64,000 bases of DNA, taken from Alphaproteobacteria bacterium (GTDB taxonomy: Bacteria > Pseudomonadota > Alphaproteobacteria > GCA-2746255). Of this stretch, positions 1 to 9,167 are shown in pieces. The stretch is from NCBI GenBank assembly GCA_965249135.1, contig OZ252220.1, positions 1,152,001 to 1,216,000 on the forward strand. The letters run 5' to 3'. Made by a program: the position numbers and the translations under genes. The notes beneath the pieces were generated by a model. It saw nothing but the letters and a program-made list of their open reading frames with translations. It had not been told where the DNA came from and did no database searches. Positions within the stretch are counted from its first letter, which is position 1; every line of letters begins with the position of its first letter.

Positions 1-594
1 GCGGCGCGCCTGACCAAGGTCGTGGGTCGTCATGATGATCTTCGTGCCGCTCGATTGGATCTCGAGGATGACGTCTTCGACGGCCCGGGTCGCCGCCGGA
101 TCGAGATTGGCGGTCGGCTCGTCCAGGAACAGGACCTGGGGGGCGAGCGCCCAGGCCCGGGCCAGGGCGAGGCGTTGCTGTTCGCCGCCGGAAAGCACGC
201 GGGCCGGCACCCGTGCCTTGGCGGTCAAGCCCGTTCTGGCCAGCATCTCGCCCGTGCGCAGCCGGCGCAGCCTTCGGCCAACGCCGCGGATGGCCAGCGC
301 GTAAGCGACGTTCGCGGCCGCCGAGCGGCGCAGCATGACGGGACGTTGAAAGACCATCGCCTGGTCGCGGATCGCCGCCCCTGCCGTGCACCCGCGCCAT
401 TCGACCCGGCCATGGCTCGGCGCAAGAAGGCCGTGACAGAGTCGCAGCAGCAGGCTCTTGCCGGCGCCGTTGGGTCCCAAGATCACCGTGCGAAGGCCGG
501 CCTCAATCTCGGCGGTGATTCCACGAAGAAGCCGGCGCTCGCCCACCTCATAAACCAGGTCCTCAAGCACGAGCGGAAAGATCGAGCTCTTCAC
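1..594 (-). CDS. tupC: Tungstate ABC transporter ATP-binding subunit (3' end runs off the window)
   Basis: Minus-strand translation from GTG at 594 gives MKSSIFPLVLEDLVYEVG...VILGPNGAGKSLLLR (Walker A). GTGA overlap with the tupB stop. Not in the ORF track because it has no stop in the window. Confidence 0.8.
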   Translation of the reverse strand, partial: MKSSIFPLVLEDLVYEVGERRLLRGITAEIEAGLRTVILGPNGAGKSLLLRLCHGLLAPSHGRVEWRGCTAGAAIRDQAMVFQRPVMLRRSAAANVAYALAIRGVGRRLRRLRTGEMLARTGLTAKARVPARVLSGGEQQRLALARAWALAPQVLFLDEPTANLDPAATRAVEDVILEIQSSGTKIIMTTHDLGQARR

Positions 595-1298
595 GCGATG
601 TTCCTCCGGGCGGCTGCGTCGCCGACCATGTAAACCGCGCCATTAATCAGCAAGGAAAGAATGAGCAGGATGATGCCGAGCCCAAGCGCCAGCGTGAGAT
701 TTCCCTTGCTGGTCTCCAACGCAATCGTCGTCGTCATGACGCGGGTGACGTGGTTGATGTTGCCACCGACGATCATCACCGCGCCCACTTCGGCCGTTGC
801 GCGTCCGAAGCCCGCCAGCGCGACCGTCAGCACCCGAAAGCGGCCGTCCCAAAGCAGCGTGCCGATGGCGCGCCCACGCGAAACGCCCAGCGAAAGCAAA
901 AGTTCGCCATACTCTTCCCAGAGATCGACGATCACCTGGCGCGTCAGTGCCGCGATGATCGGCGCAATCAGCAGGACCTGGGCGATGATCATCGCGCTCG
1001 GCGTGAACAAAAGCCCGAGCACGCCGAGCGGGCCGGCGCGGGAAATCAAGAGATAGACGACGAGGCCGACGACGACCGGCGGCAGGCCCATCATCGCGTT
1101 CAGCAGCACGGCGAGGATGCTTGAGCCCGGAAAGCGAAACAGCGCTACGGCGGCACCCAGCGGCAGCGCGATCAGGGCGGCGATGGTGACCGCGGTCAGG
1201 CTTACCTGCATGGAAAGGGCCACGATCTCGACGAGGTCGGGATCGAGCCTGCCGATCCTTTCGAAGGCAAGGGCAAAGGCGGTCGAAAAGTCGTTCAA
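591..1298 (-). CDS. tupB: Tungstate ABC transporter permease
   Basis: MGLPPVVVGL and FGRATAEVGAVMIVGGNI...TRVMTTTIALETSKG are TupB motifs. TTG start after an AAAGGAGG RBS. Confidence 0.88.
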   Translation of the reverse strand: MNDFSTAFALAFERIGRLDPDLVEIVALSMQVSLTAVTIAALIALPLGAAVALFRFPGSSILAVLLNAMMGLPPVVVGLVVYLLISRAGPLGVLGLLFTPSAMIIAQVLLIAPIIAALTRQVIVDLWEEYGELLLSLGVSRGRAIGTLLWDGRFRVLTVALAGFGRATAEVGAVMIVGGNINHVTRVMTTTIALETSKGNLTLALGLGIILLILSLLINGAVYMVGDAAARRNIA

Positions 1299-1436
1299 GG
1301 GGCCTCCTTTAAGGCGATGGGCAGGCGAGGAGCAGACGATGGGCCGAGAAAAACCTACTGTGCTTTCCGGCGCGTGGAAAGGGCTCACGCTTTGCCGGAC
1401 GGTGACGAAGGGCGGGCACTTCGCTACAAGGAGGGC

Positions 1437-2039
1437 ATGCTCCGAATCGATGCGCTTCACACGCCGAGCCTTGCCCCGATCGATGCGGAAATCGGCGGTG
1501 GCGAATGCGTCGCCGTCATGGGGCCCAGCGGGGCGGGCAAGACGCTTTTTTTGAGGGCGATCGCCGATCTCGATCCGAACGAGGGAAGCGTCACCTTGTT
1601 CGACGCGGAACGGGAAAAATTTCCGGCCCCGAAATGGCGGCGGATGGTGACCTATCTCGCTTCCGAATCCGGCTGGTGGGCAGAAAGCGTCGGCGAACAT
1701 TTCCCGCAAAGCGATGCTGCAAGAGAGGCCTTAAGCCAACTCGGCCTGCCCGCGGACGCGCTCGAATGGACCGTCGCCAGGCTTTCCACCGGCGAACGCC
1801 AGCGTCTGGCGCTGGCGCGCGTCCTTCTATTAAGGCCCGCCGTCCTGCTTCTGGACGAGCCGACGTCCGGGCTGGATGAGACGAGCATCGCGGAAGTCGA
1901 GAAGGTGCTGAAGGCGCGCTTGGCCCAAGGGGTCTCGATCCTGTTCGTCACCCACGACGTTCGGCAAGCCAGGCACTTGGCGAAACGGTGTTTCCATTTC
2001 AAGCAGGGCCGTCTCGAAAGCGAGGAAGCATGGACGTGA
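1437..2039 (+). CDS. ABC transporter ATP-binding protein (FetA/YbbL-like)
   Basis: GPSGAGKT, LSTGERQR and LLLDEPT motifs. AGGAGG RBS. Overlaps the following YbbM-like permease. Confidence 0.82.
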   Translation: MLRIDALHTPSLAPIDAEIGGGECVAVMGPSGAGKTLFLRAIADLDPNEGSVTLFDAEREKFPAPKWRRMVTYLASESGWWAESVGEHFPQSDAAREALSQLGLPADALEWTVARLSTGERQRLALARVLLLRPAVLLLDEPTSGLDETSIAEVEKVLKARLAQGVSILFVTHDVRQARHLAKRCFHFKQGRLESEEAWT

Positions 2040-2836
2040 ACGTGATCGCGTTAAGCTATGGCGATCTGGCGCTCGCCTCGCTACTCGTTCTCTTAAACGC
2101 CGGGCTTTCCCTTGGCTTACGTTTGCGCCTCGAAGGCCAGCTCTTGATCGCGGCTGCGCGCATGGTCGTCCAGCTTTTCCTGGTCGGCCTCGTGCTGAAG
2201 GCATTGTTCACGGTCGTCTCGCCTTATCTAACCGGCCTCGTCGCCCTTCTGATGGTATTGTTCGCCGGGCGCGAGATCCTGGCCCGCCAGGAGAAGCGGC
2301 TCAGCGGCTGGTGGACCTATGGCCTTGGCACGACGAGCATGCTGATGGCCGCCATGATCGTCACCGTGTTTGCGCTCACCCTTCAGGTGCAGCCGGAGCC
2401 CTGGTACCACCCGCGTTACGCGATTCCGATTCTCGGCATGATCCTCGGCAACACGATGACCGGCGTCGCACTCGGCCTCAATACGCTTGGCACGATGATC
2501 GGCCGCGAGCGGCTCGCCATCGAGGCCAGGCTGGCGCTCGGCCAAGACTGGCGGGAGGCCTTCGGCGACGTCATCCGGGAGGCGATGCGAAGCGGCCTCA
2601 TCCCGATCATCAACGCGATGGCGGCGACCGGGCTGGTTTCGCTGCCGGGCATGATGACGGGCCAGATCCTGGCCGGCGCCGAGCCCATGCAGGCGATCGA
2701 GTATCAGCTGCTCATCATGTTCCTGATCGCCGGCGGCACCGGGCTCGGCGTCTTCACGGCGGTGCTGGCCGGCGCCTATCGGCTGACCGATTCCCGCCAT
2801 CGGCTGCGCCTCGACCGCCTGCACAGGGCCGATTAA
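2030..2836 (+). CDS. fetB: ABC transporter permease, FetB/YbbM (UPF0014) family
   Basis: RMVVQL, IPILGMILGNTM and GLVSLPGMMTGQILAG are UPF0014 motifs. Confidence 0.85.
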   Translation: MDVNVIALSYGDLALASLLVLLNAGLSLGLRLRLEGQLLIAAARMVVQLFLVGLVLKALFTVVSPYLTGLVALLMVLFAGREILARQEKRLSGWWTYGLGTTSMLMAAMIVTVFALTLQVQPEPWYHPRYAIPILGMILGNTMTGVALGLNTLGTMIGRERLAIEARLALGQDWREAFGDVIREAMRSGLIPIINAMAATGLVSLPGMMTGQILAGAEPMQAIEYQLLIMFLIAGGTGLGVFTAVLAGAYRLTDSRHRLRLDRLHRAD

Positions 2837-2985
2837 GGATAAATGGTCCGCATCACGCGCCGGATGGGCCGGAAATCCTCGCGCCGCGGTGGGGGCTTGC
2901 AAGCGGGGCGATTGCGGCGGAAAATGCCCGACAACGCGGTTGGGAATTTCAATCCGCCCGCAATAAATCAGGGGAGGAATTTAAG

Positions 2986-4425
2986 GTGACAACGCAACAT
3001 CGCAATTATATCAACGGCAAGTACGTCGACACGCCGGGAGTCAACATGCTTCCGGTTCTCAACCCTTCGACCGAAGAGGTCATTTCCGAAGTTCCCGACT
3101 CACCGGCGGAGATCGTGGACGAGGCGGTGGCGGCCGCGAAAGAGGCCCAGAAGAGCTGGAAAAAATTACCCGCCATCCAACGGGCGGGTTATTTGCGGCA
3201 GATATCCGCAAAGATCCGCGAGAACGTCCCGGCGCTCGCCAAGGCGCTCACGGAAGAGCAGGGCAAGGTTCAGACCCTTTCCGAGATCGAGATCGCGTTT
3301 GCCGCGGATTACATCGACTACATGGCGGAATGGGCGCGACGGATCGAGGGCGAGATCATCAATTCGGATCGCCCGAACGAAAACATTTTTCTCTTTCGCC
3401 AACCCGTCGGCGTCGTGGCCGGCATCCTGCCGTGGAATTTTCCCTTCTTCCTGATCGCGCGCAAGCTTGGTCCCGCTTTGGTGACCGGAAATTCCATCGT
3501 GCTGAAGCCGAGCACGGATACGCCGAACAACGCCGCCATGTTCGTCGATCTGCTTGACCAGACGGACATACCGAAAGGCATCGTGAACGTGGTCTATGGC
3601 AAGGGAAGCACGACCGGCAGTGCGCTTTGCGACAATCCGGACGTGGGCCTGGTGAGCTTCACCGGCTCGGTCGAGGTAGGCTCACGGATCATGGCGGCGT
3701 GCGCCAAGAACATCACCAAGGTCAATCTGGAACTGGGCGGCAAGGCGCCGGCCATCGTCATGGCCGATGCCGACATCGATAAGACGGTTACGGCCGTCAC
3801 GGCTTCGCGTGTCATCAATACCGGCCAGGCCTGCAATTGTGCCGAGCGCGTTTACGTCGATCGTCGCGTCGAGGACGAATTCATTTCCAAGTTTTCGGCC
3901 TCGATGGAAGCAACCAAGTACGGGGATCCGGGCGTGATCCGAGACCTCGACATGGGGCCGATGATCAACAAGGCGGCGCAGGAAGTGACGGACAACATGG
4001 TCAAGCGCGCGATCAAAGATGGCGCGGAACTGGTCAGCGGCGGGAGCATGTCGGACGTGAAGGGCAAGGGGTTCTTCTTTCAGCCAACCGTGCTTCGCAA
4101 TTGCGAGCAGGCTTCCGAGATCATGCAGGAAGAGGTCTTCGGGCCGGTCATGCCGATCAATACCATCGATTCGCTGGACGAGGCCATCGAACGCGCCAAC
4201 GATTCGAAGTACGGCTTGACCTCTTCGATCTATACCCAAGACATCGGGGTGGCGATGCGGGCCTGTAACGATCTCAACTTCGGCGAAACCTACATCAATC
4301 GTGAGCATTTCGAGGCGATGCAGGGCTTTCACGCCGGCGTGCGGCAATCCGGTATCGGCGGTGCGGACGGCAAGCATGGCCTCTACGAAAATACCGAGAC
4401 CCACGTCGTTTACCTGCAGAGTTGA
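2986..4425 (+). CDS. aldA: NAD-dependent aldehyde dehydrogenase, AldA (lactaldehyde/glycolaldehyde dehydrogenase) type
   Basis: PWNFP, FTGS, LELGGKAP, catalytic GQACNC and EEVFGP motifs. C-terminus GADGKHGL...VVYLQS resembles E. coli AldA. GTG start after GGGGAGG. Confidence 0.88.
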   Translation: MTTQHRNYINGKYVDTPGVNMLPVLNPSTEEVISEVPDSPAEIVDEAVAAAKEAQKSWKKLPAIQRAGYLRQISAKIRENVPALAKALTEEQGKVQTLSEIEIAFAADYIDYMAEWARRIEGEIINSDRPNENIFLFRQPVGVVAGILPWNFPFFLIARKLGPALVTGNSIVLKPSTDTPNNAAMFVDLLDQTDIPKGIVNVVYGKGSTTGSALCDNPDVGLVSFTGSVEVGSRIMAACAKNITKVNLELGGKAPAIVMADADIDKTVTAVTASRVINTGQACNCAERVYVDRRVEDEFISKFSASMEATKYGDPGVIRDLDMGPMINKAAQEVTDNMVKRAIKDGAELVSGGSMSDVKGKGFFFQPTVLRNCEQASEIMQEEVFGPVMPINTIDSLDEAIERANDSKYGLTSSIYTQDIGVAMRACNDLNFGETYINREHFEAMQGFHAGVRQSGIGGADGKHGLYENTETHVVYLQS

Positions 4426-4441
4426 GCGGCAAAGATGTCTA

Positions 4442-4465
4442 GAGGGTGCCCGCCTGGGCACCCTC
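4442..4465 (+). terminator. GC hairpin after aldA (possible terminator)
   Basis: GAGGGTGCCC-GCCT-GGGCACCCTC perfect 10-bp stem, but no U-tract. Confidence 0.4.
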
Positions 4466-4504
4466 GCCGCCAAGGCGGAGCGCGTGGCGCAAGCAAGGGG
4501 CCAC

Positions 4505-4578
4505 GCGGGTGTAGCTCAATGGTAGAGTTCCTGCTTCCCAAGCAGGTGACGAGGGTTCGATTCCCTTCACCCGCTCCA
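4505..4578 (+). tRNA. tRNA-Gly (CCC)
   Basis: GCGGGTG acceptor stem, D-arm TAGCTCAATGGTAGAG, anticodon arm CCTGC-TTCCCAA-GCAGG, T-arm GGTTCGATTCC, encoded CCA. Confidence 0.97.
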
Positions 4579-4605
4579 CGGCCGTCACTGAGCTTCGGAA
4601 AAAGC

Positions 4606-5430
4606 ATGCGGAATCTCTCAAGCTTCTTTTTCCTGGCTTGTCTTCTTCTCTTCGGTCCGGCCTTGGCCGGTGAAGCGACGATCACGCTTGCTTCGACGAC
4701 GTCGACCGAGAATTCCGGCCTTTATGACTTCCTGCTTCCGAAGTTCACAGCCGCCACCGGCATTCGGGTGCACGTCGTCGCCGTCGGCACCGGACAGGCC
4801 ATCAAGCTCGCCGAACGCGGCGATGCGGACGTGCTGCTCGTTCACCACCGGCCCTCGGAGGAGCGATTCGTGGCCGAGGGTTACGGCGTCGATCGCCGCG
4901 ACGTCATGTACAACGACTTCGTCATCGTGGGACCCGAGCACGACCCGGCCGACATCAGTGGCTTGAAGGACGTGGCCCGGGCCTTGGAGAAGGTCGCAGA
5001 GGTGCAAGCCATGTTCGTCTCGCGCGGCGACGACAGCGGCACCCACAAGATGGAGCTTCGCCTCTGGGAAGTGGTCGGCCAAGACGTCGAGGCCGCGTCC
5101 GGCGGCTGGTACCGGGAGACGGGTTCGGGGATGGGGGCGACGCTGAACACGGCGGCGGCGGCGGACGCCTATACGCTGACCGACCGCGGCACTTGGCTTG
5201 GTTTCCAGAACCGGCGGCGGCTCAAGCTCGTCGTCGAAGGGGACCCGCGATTGAACAACCCTTACGGGGTCATCCGGGTAAACCCGGCGCGCTTTCCCCA
5301 TGTGAAGGCGGAAGCGGCGCGGGTCTTCGTCGATTGGCTCACGTCCGAGGCCGGGCAGCGGGCGATCGGCGATTTCGAGGTGAACGGCGAGAAGCTGTTC
5401 TTTTCGAGCATTCGGGCGGGCGCCCCCTAA
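4606..5430 (+). CDS. tupA: Tungstate ABC transporter substrate-binding protein
   Basis: Signal peptide, then STTSTENSGL, AVGTGQA, MYNDFVIVGP, SRGDDSGTH and TLTDRGTW (TupA motifs). Confidence 0.9.
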   Translation: MRNLSSFFFLACLLLFGPALAGEATITLASTTSTENSGLYDFLLPKFTAATGIRVHVVAVGTGQAIKLAERGDADVLLVHHRPSEERFVAEGYGVDRRDVMYNDFVIVGPEHDPADISGLKDVARALEKVAEVQAMFVSRGDDSGTHKMELRLWEVVGQDVEAASGGWYRETGSGMGATLNTAAAADAYTLTDRGTWLGFQNRRRLKLVVEGDPRLNNPYGVIRVNPARFPHVKAEAARVFVDWLTSEAGQRAIGDFEVNGEKLFFSSIRAGAP

Positions 5431-5592
5431 GCGCATGGATAAGGGGAGGAAAACGCGCAGAAGGAACCCCCCTATGGGTGGAAGCGCAAGCTCGCCATTT
5501 CGGTCCATTTCCTTCTTTTGAAACCGTATAATTCCGGTGGCAGGCTAATTTCTTGGTCGGCGGCGGCCGGCTCAAGGAGTGTTTGAAGCTTT

Positions 5593-6270
5593 ATGCATAT
5601 CCTGATCATCGAAGACGACCGCGAGATGGCGGCCTATCTCACGAAGGGCCTGAAAGAGCACGGCTATACGGTCGATCATGCTGCGGAAGGCCGGGAGGGA
5701 CTCTTTCTCGCGGCGACCGGCGATTTCGACCTTCTGATCATCGACCGCATGCTGCCGAACACGGATGGCATCACCATCGTGAAGCTGCTGCGCGAGCAAG
5801 GGGTGAGCAGCCGCATTCTTCTTTTAAGCGCCCTTGGCCAAGTGGACGACCGGGTCACGGGCCTAAAGGCGGGCGCCGACGACTACCTTGCAAAGCCTTA
5901 CGCGTTTTCCGAACTGCTCGCCCGCATCGAGGCGCTGCTTCGCCGCGAAGGCCCGGAAGAGGAGCAGACGCATCTTCACGTCGGCGATCTGGAGATGGAC
6001 CTGATCGGCCGCACCGTGAAACGGGCCGGCCAAATGATCGAGCTGAAACCACGGGAGTTCCGCCTGCTCGAATACCTGATGCGCCATGCCGACCAGGTCG
6101 TCACCCGGACGATGCTGCTGGAAGGGGTCTGGGATTACCATTTCGATCCCCAGACGAACGTGATCGATGCGCAGATAAGCCGTCTTCGCCAGAAAATCGA
6201 CAAGGGCTTTAACCAGCCGCTGATCCACACGGTCCGCGGCGCAGGATACTCGCTTCGTGCAACTGATTAG
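5593..6270 (+). CDS. OmpR-family response regulator (REC plus winged helix)
   Basis: ILIIEDD, DRMLP, GADDYLAKP, TNVIDAQISRLR and HTVRGAGY. TATAAT upstream at 5527. Confidence 0.93.
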   Translation: MHILIIEDDREMAAYLTKGLKEHGYTVDHAAEGREGLFLAATGDFDLLIIDRMLPNTDGITIVKLLREQGVSSRILLLSALGQVDDRVTGLKAGADDYLAKPYAFSELLARIEALLRREGPEEEQTHLHVGDLEMDLIGRTVKRAGQMIELKPREFRLLEYLMRHADQVVTRTMLLEGVWDYHFDPQTNVIDAQISRLRQKIDKGFNQPLIHTVRGAGYSLRATD

Positions 6271-7684
6271 ACTCTTCCGAACCTCGGCCTTCCGAATGGC
6301 GGCACTTTCCATGGTCGTCTTCGGGGTTCTGGCCGTCGTTCTTTTGGGGTTTATCTACTACGCGACGATCGACCTGATCGACCGTGAGACAAACAATGTC
6401 ATCGAGGCGGAAAGCAAAGGTCTCGTCGAGCAGTACAGCCTGTTCGGCCTTCGGGGGATCGCCAGGGTTATCCGGCACCGATCCGAGAACCTGAAGGAAC
6501 CGGGCGCCATCTACCTGCTCGTGAACACCGACTTTGAGCCGGTGATCGGCAATCTGATTCCGTGGCCGGCTGACGCCGAGGGTGCGCCGCTTACCCCGCC
6601 CGAGAACGGCGAGTGGATTCATTTCAGCGTCAGCCGCGGCGAAGGCGAGGAGAAGACCGCCCGCCAGATGCGCGCGCGGGTCATCGACCTGCCGATCGGC
6701 TACCACGTTCTGGTCGGCCGGGACATCGGCGAACGCGAACGCTTCCGGGAAGTGATGCGGGCGGCGCTCACCTGGTCGGTGGCGATCACGCTGATGCTGG
6801 CGTTCCTCGGCGGCTTGCTCTTGAGCCGGCAGATGCTGCGCCGCGTCGATACGATCGCCAAGATCAGCCGGCAGATCATCGATGGGGATCTTACGCAACG
6901 GGTCAGCGTGCGTGGTACGGGAGACGAATTCGACCGGCTGTCTGCAAATCTGAACGAGATGCTCGACCAGATCGAACGTCTGCTGATCGGCATGCGCGCG
7001 GTGACGGACAGCGTGGCCCACGATTTGGGCGCACCGCTTACGCGCCTGAAAAACCGGATCGAGATGACGCTTCGCGGGAACCCGGACCTGGATGCCTACC
7101 GTTCCACCCTGCAAAACACGATCAAGGAAACGGATCATATTCGTTCGACCTTCGATGCGTTGATCGACATCGCGCGCGCCGAGGCCAGCACCGCGAACTT
7201 CGAGATGAAGCCGCTGGATCTGGCCGAGCTGGCTGCGGAACTGCTTGAGCTTTACGAACCGGTGGCGAACGAGCGCGACCTTCGCGTTGAGTCCTCCCTT
7301 CCCCCATGCGCCCTCGTGCTCGCCAACCGGCAAACGCTTGCCCAGGCGCTGACCAATCTCCTCGACAACGCGATCAAATACACGCCCGTCGGTGGCGCCG
7401 TCCGGCTCGAGCTTACGACGGACGCCGAACGGGTGCGGCTGACGCTCGAAGATAGCGGGCCGGGGATCCCGGCGGCCGACCGCGAGCAGGTGTTGCGGCG
7501 CTTCGTCCGGCTGGAGAAGGCGGCGGCGGCGCCCGGCACGGGGCTGGGTTTGAGCCTCGTGGCCGCGGTGGCGAAGCTGCACCGGGCTAAGCTCGAGCTC
7601 GGGGACAACCAGCCGGGCTTGCGGGTGACGCTTACCTTTCACCGCGAAGCCGAAGGGGAGACCAAGCTTGAGGCGGACGAATAA
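6257..7684 (+). CDS. HAMP-domain sensor histidine kinase
   Basis: Two TM segments, HAMP (DEFDRL), H-box VAHDLGAPL, N-box NLLDNAIKY, G-boxes DSGPGI and GTGLGL. Confidence 0.92.
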   Translation: MQLIRLFRTSAFRMAALSMVVFGVLAVVLLGFIYYATIDLIDRETNNVIEAESKGLVEQYSLFGLRGIARVIRHRSENLKEPGAIYLLVNTDFEPVIGNLIPWPADAEGAPLTPPENGEWIHFSVSRGEGEEKTARQMRARVIDLPIGYHVLVGRDIGERERFREVMRAALTWSVAITLMLAFLGGLLLSRQMLRRVDTIAKISRQIIDGDLTQRVSVRGTGDEFDRLSANLNEMLDQIERLLIGMRAVTDSVAHDLGAPLTRLKNRIEMTLRGNPDLDAYRSTLQNTIKETDHIRSTFDALIDIARAEASTANFEMKPLDLAELAAELLELYEPVANERDLRVESSLPPCALVLANRQTLAQALTNLLDNAIKYTPVGGAVRLELTTDAERVRLTLEDSGPGIPAADREQVLRRFVRLEKAAAAPGTGLGLSLVAAVAKLHRAKLELGDNQPGLRVTLTFHREAEGETKLEADE

Positions 7685-7890
7685 ACGATGGCGGCCCATG
7701 AGGGAGTTCACGGGCCGCCATTCCGAGCCTAGTCGACCCCACGGCCGGTCTAAAAGGGAGCCGAAGCTTAGGGCCCGGAAACCTCCGTGGACGATGTCCA
7801 CCGGGGGGTTGAACATCGGAAGACGCTTAGGGACCGTCCCGATGTAGAGGATATGCTCTGGCTAGTGTTTTAGACGCCCGCACCTTGCCA
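7685..7890 (-). ncRNA. Candidate structured small RNA (unassigned)
   Basis: Nested stems GTCTAAAA/TTTTAGAC enclose three hairpins. Terminal 10-bp hairpin followed by a short T-rich run on the minus strand. TGCCATAAT extended -10 upstream on the minus strand. Confidence 0.4.
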
Positions 7891-7966
7891 AGGCATTATG
7901 GCAACGTGAAATCTTCGTAATGTTCGAAACCCCGGAATACCGGGGTAGGAAACCACCGCCGGCGTC

Positions 7967-9136
7967 TCAGCGACGTCCCAAGAAGGGCAGATTGCCGGCG
8001 GCCTGCGCGTCGCCCTCGAGGTCGAGGTGAAGCGAGAACAACTCCAGTATGTCCTTGCGGGTGAGGATCCCGGCCAGACGGTCCCCGGAAGCCACGCAAA
8101 GCCGCCCGTTTCCCGTCTTCTGCATCCGGGCAAGGGCCGCCATCGCATCCGTTTCGGGGGCGACGGTCGTCACCTCGGAACGGGGACTCAGGATGTCACG
8201 GATGCGGGTTGTCGCCCATTGCTCGCGGGCCAATCCCTTCACCTCGCCAAGGCCGACGGAACCCAAGAGCCGGCCATCGTCTACGACCGGAAACATCTTG
8301 TAAGTGTGACGGTAGAGATAGTCCTCGACGAGTTCGGCAACCGTCAGGTTTGGTGAGACGGTGACGGGGTCCCGCTTCATGACGGCGGTGACCGGTATGC
8401 CCTCGAAGGGTTGCTTCATGACGACCTGGCGGTAGGAGGCGGTTGCCGCAAAACGCACGAAAAGGCCAAGCAGGAACCACCACAGCCCGCCGATGAAATT
8501 GCCGGTCACGAAGCTGATGACGCCGAGGATCATCAGCATGAAACCGAAGAAGCCGCCGGTGCCGGACGCGATTCGCGTCGCCCAGCGAAAGTCGTTCTTC
8601 CGGCCCCACAGCACGGCGCGGAGCATCCGCCCGCCATCTAAGGGGAAGGCCGGCACGAGATTGAACAGCGCAAGAATGCCGTTGATCCAAAAGAGGTAGG
8701 TAAGCACGCTCACGACGGCGACCGGCCAGCCAAGCGCATCGCCGGTCATGCCAACCAGGAAGAACGCCGTTGCCAGAAGGAGGCTGGCGATGGGCCCGGC
8801 GATGGCCATCACAAACTCCGCCTTCGGGCTTACCGGCTCGCCCTCCATTTCGGCGACGCCTCCGAACACGAACAGCGTGATTCCGCGAATCTGCATGTCG
8901 TAGCGCCGCACCACCAAGGAATGGGAAAGCTCGTGGAAGATGATCGAGAAGAAAAGACCCAACGCGCCGAGAACCGCCATCCACCAGTAGGTCGTCTTGC
9001 TAAGATCGGGAACGAAATGGGGAAAGAAGCCGGCGGCCAGTGTCCAGGTGATCAGGATGGCCAGGATCAGCCAGCTCCAATCGATTCCGACGCGGAACCC
9101 GAAAATCCGAAAAAGCGTGATCTGGCGACCGAACAC
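7967..9136 (-). CDS. Site-2 protease (M50) with tandem CBS domains
   Basis: HELSH zinc motif, FNLVPAFPLDGGR, C-terminal CBS pair. Confidence 0.92.
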   Translation of the reverse strand: MFGRQITLFRIFGFRVGIDWSWLILAILITWTLAAGFFPHFVPDLSKTTYWWMAVLGALGLFFSIIFHELSHSLVVRRYDMQIRGITLFVFGGVAEMEGEPVSPKAEFVMAIAGPIASLLLATAFFLVGMTGDALGWPVAVVSVLTYLFWINGILALFNLVPAFPLDGGRMLRAVLWGRKNDFRWATRIASGTGGFFGFMLMILGVISFVTGNFIGGLWWFLLGLFVRFAATASYRQVVMKQPFEGIPVTAVMKRDPVTVSPNLTVAELVEDYLYRHTYKMFPVVDDGRLLGSVGLGEVKGLAREQWATTRIRDILSPRSEVTTVAPETDAMAALARMQKTGNGRLCVASGDRLAGILTRKDILELFSLHLDLEGDAQAAGNLPFLGRR

Positions 9137-9167
9137 GTTGAACCTTCTCCCTCCCTTATCACACAGA

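Noticed and set aside
4505-4578. tRNA-Gly as an island attachment site
   Set aside because: No duplicated tRNA 3' end and no integrase were seen in the window.
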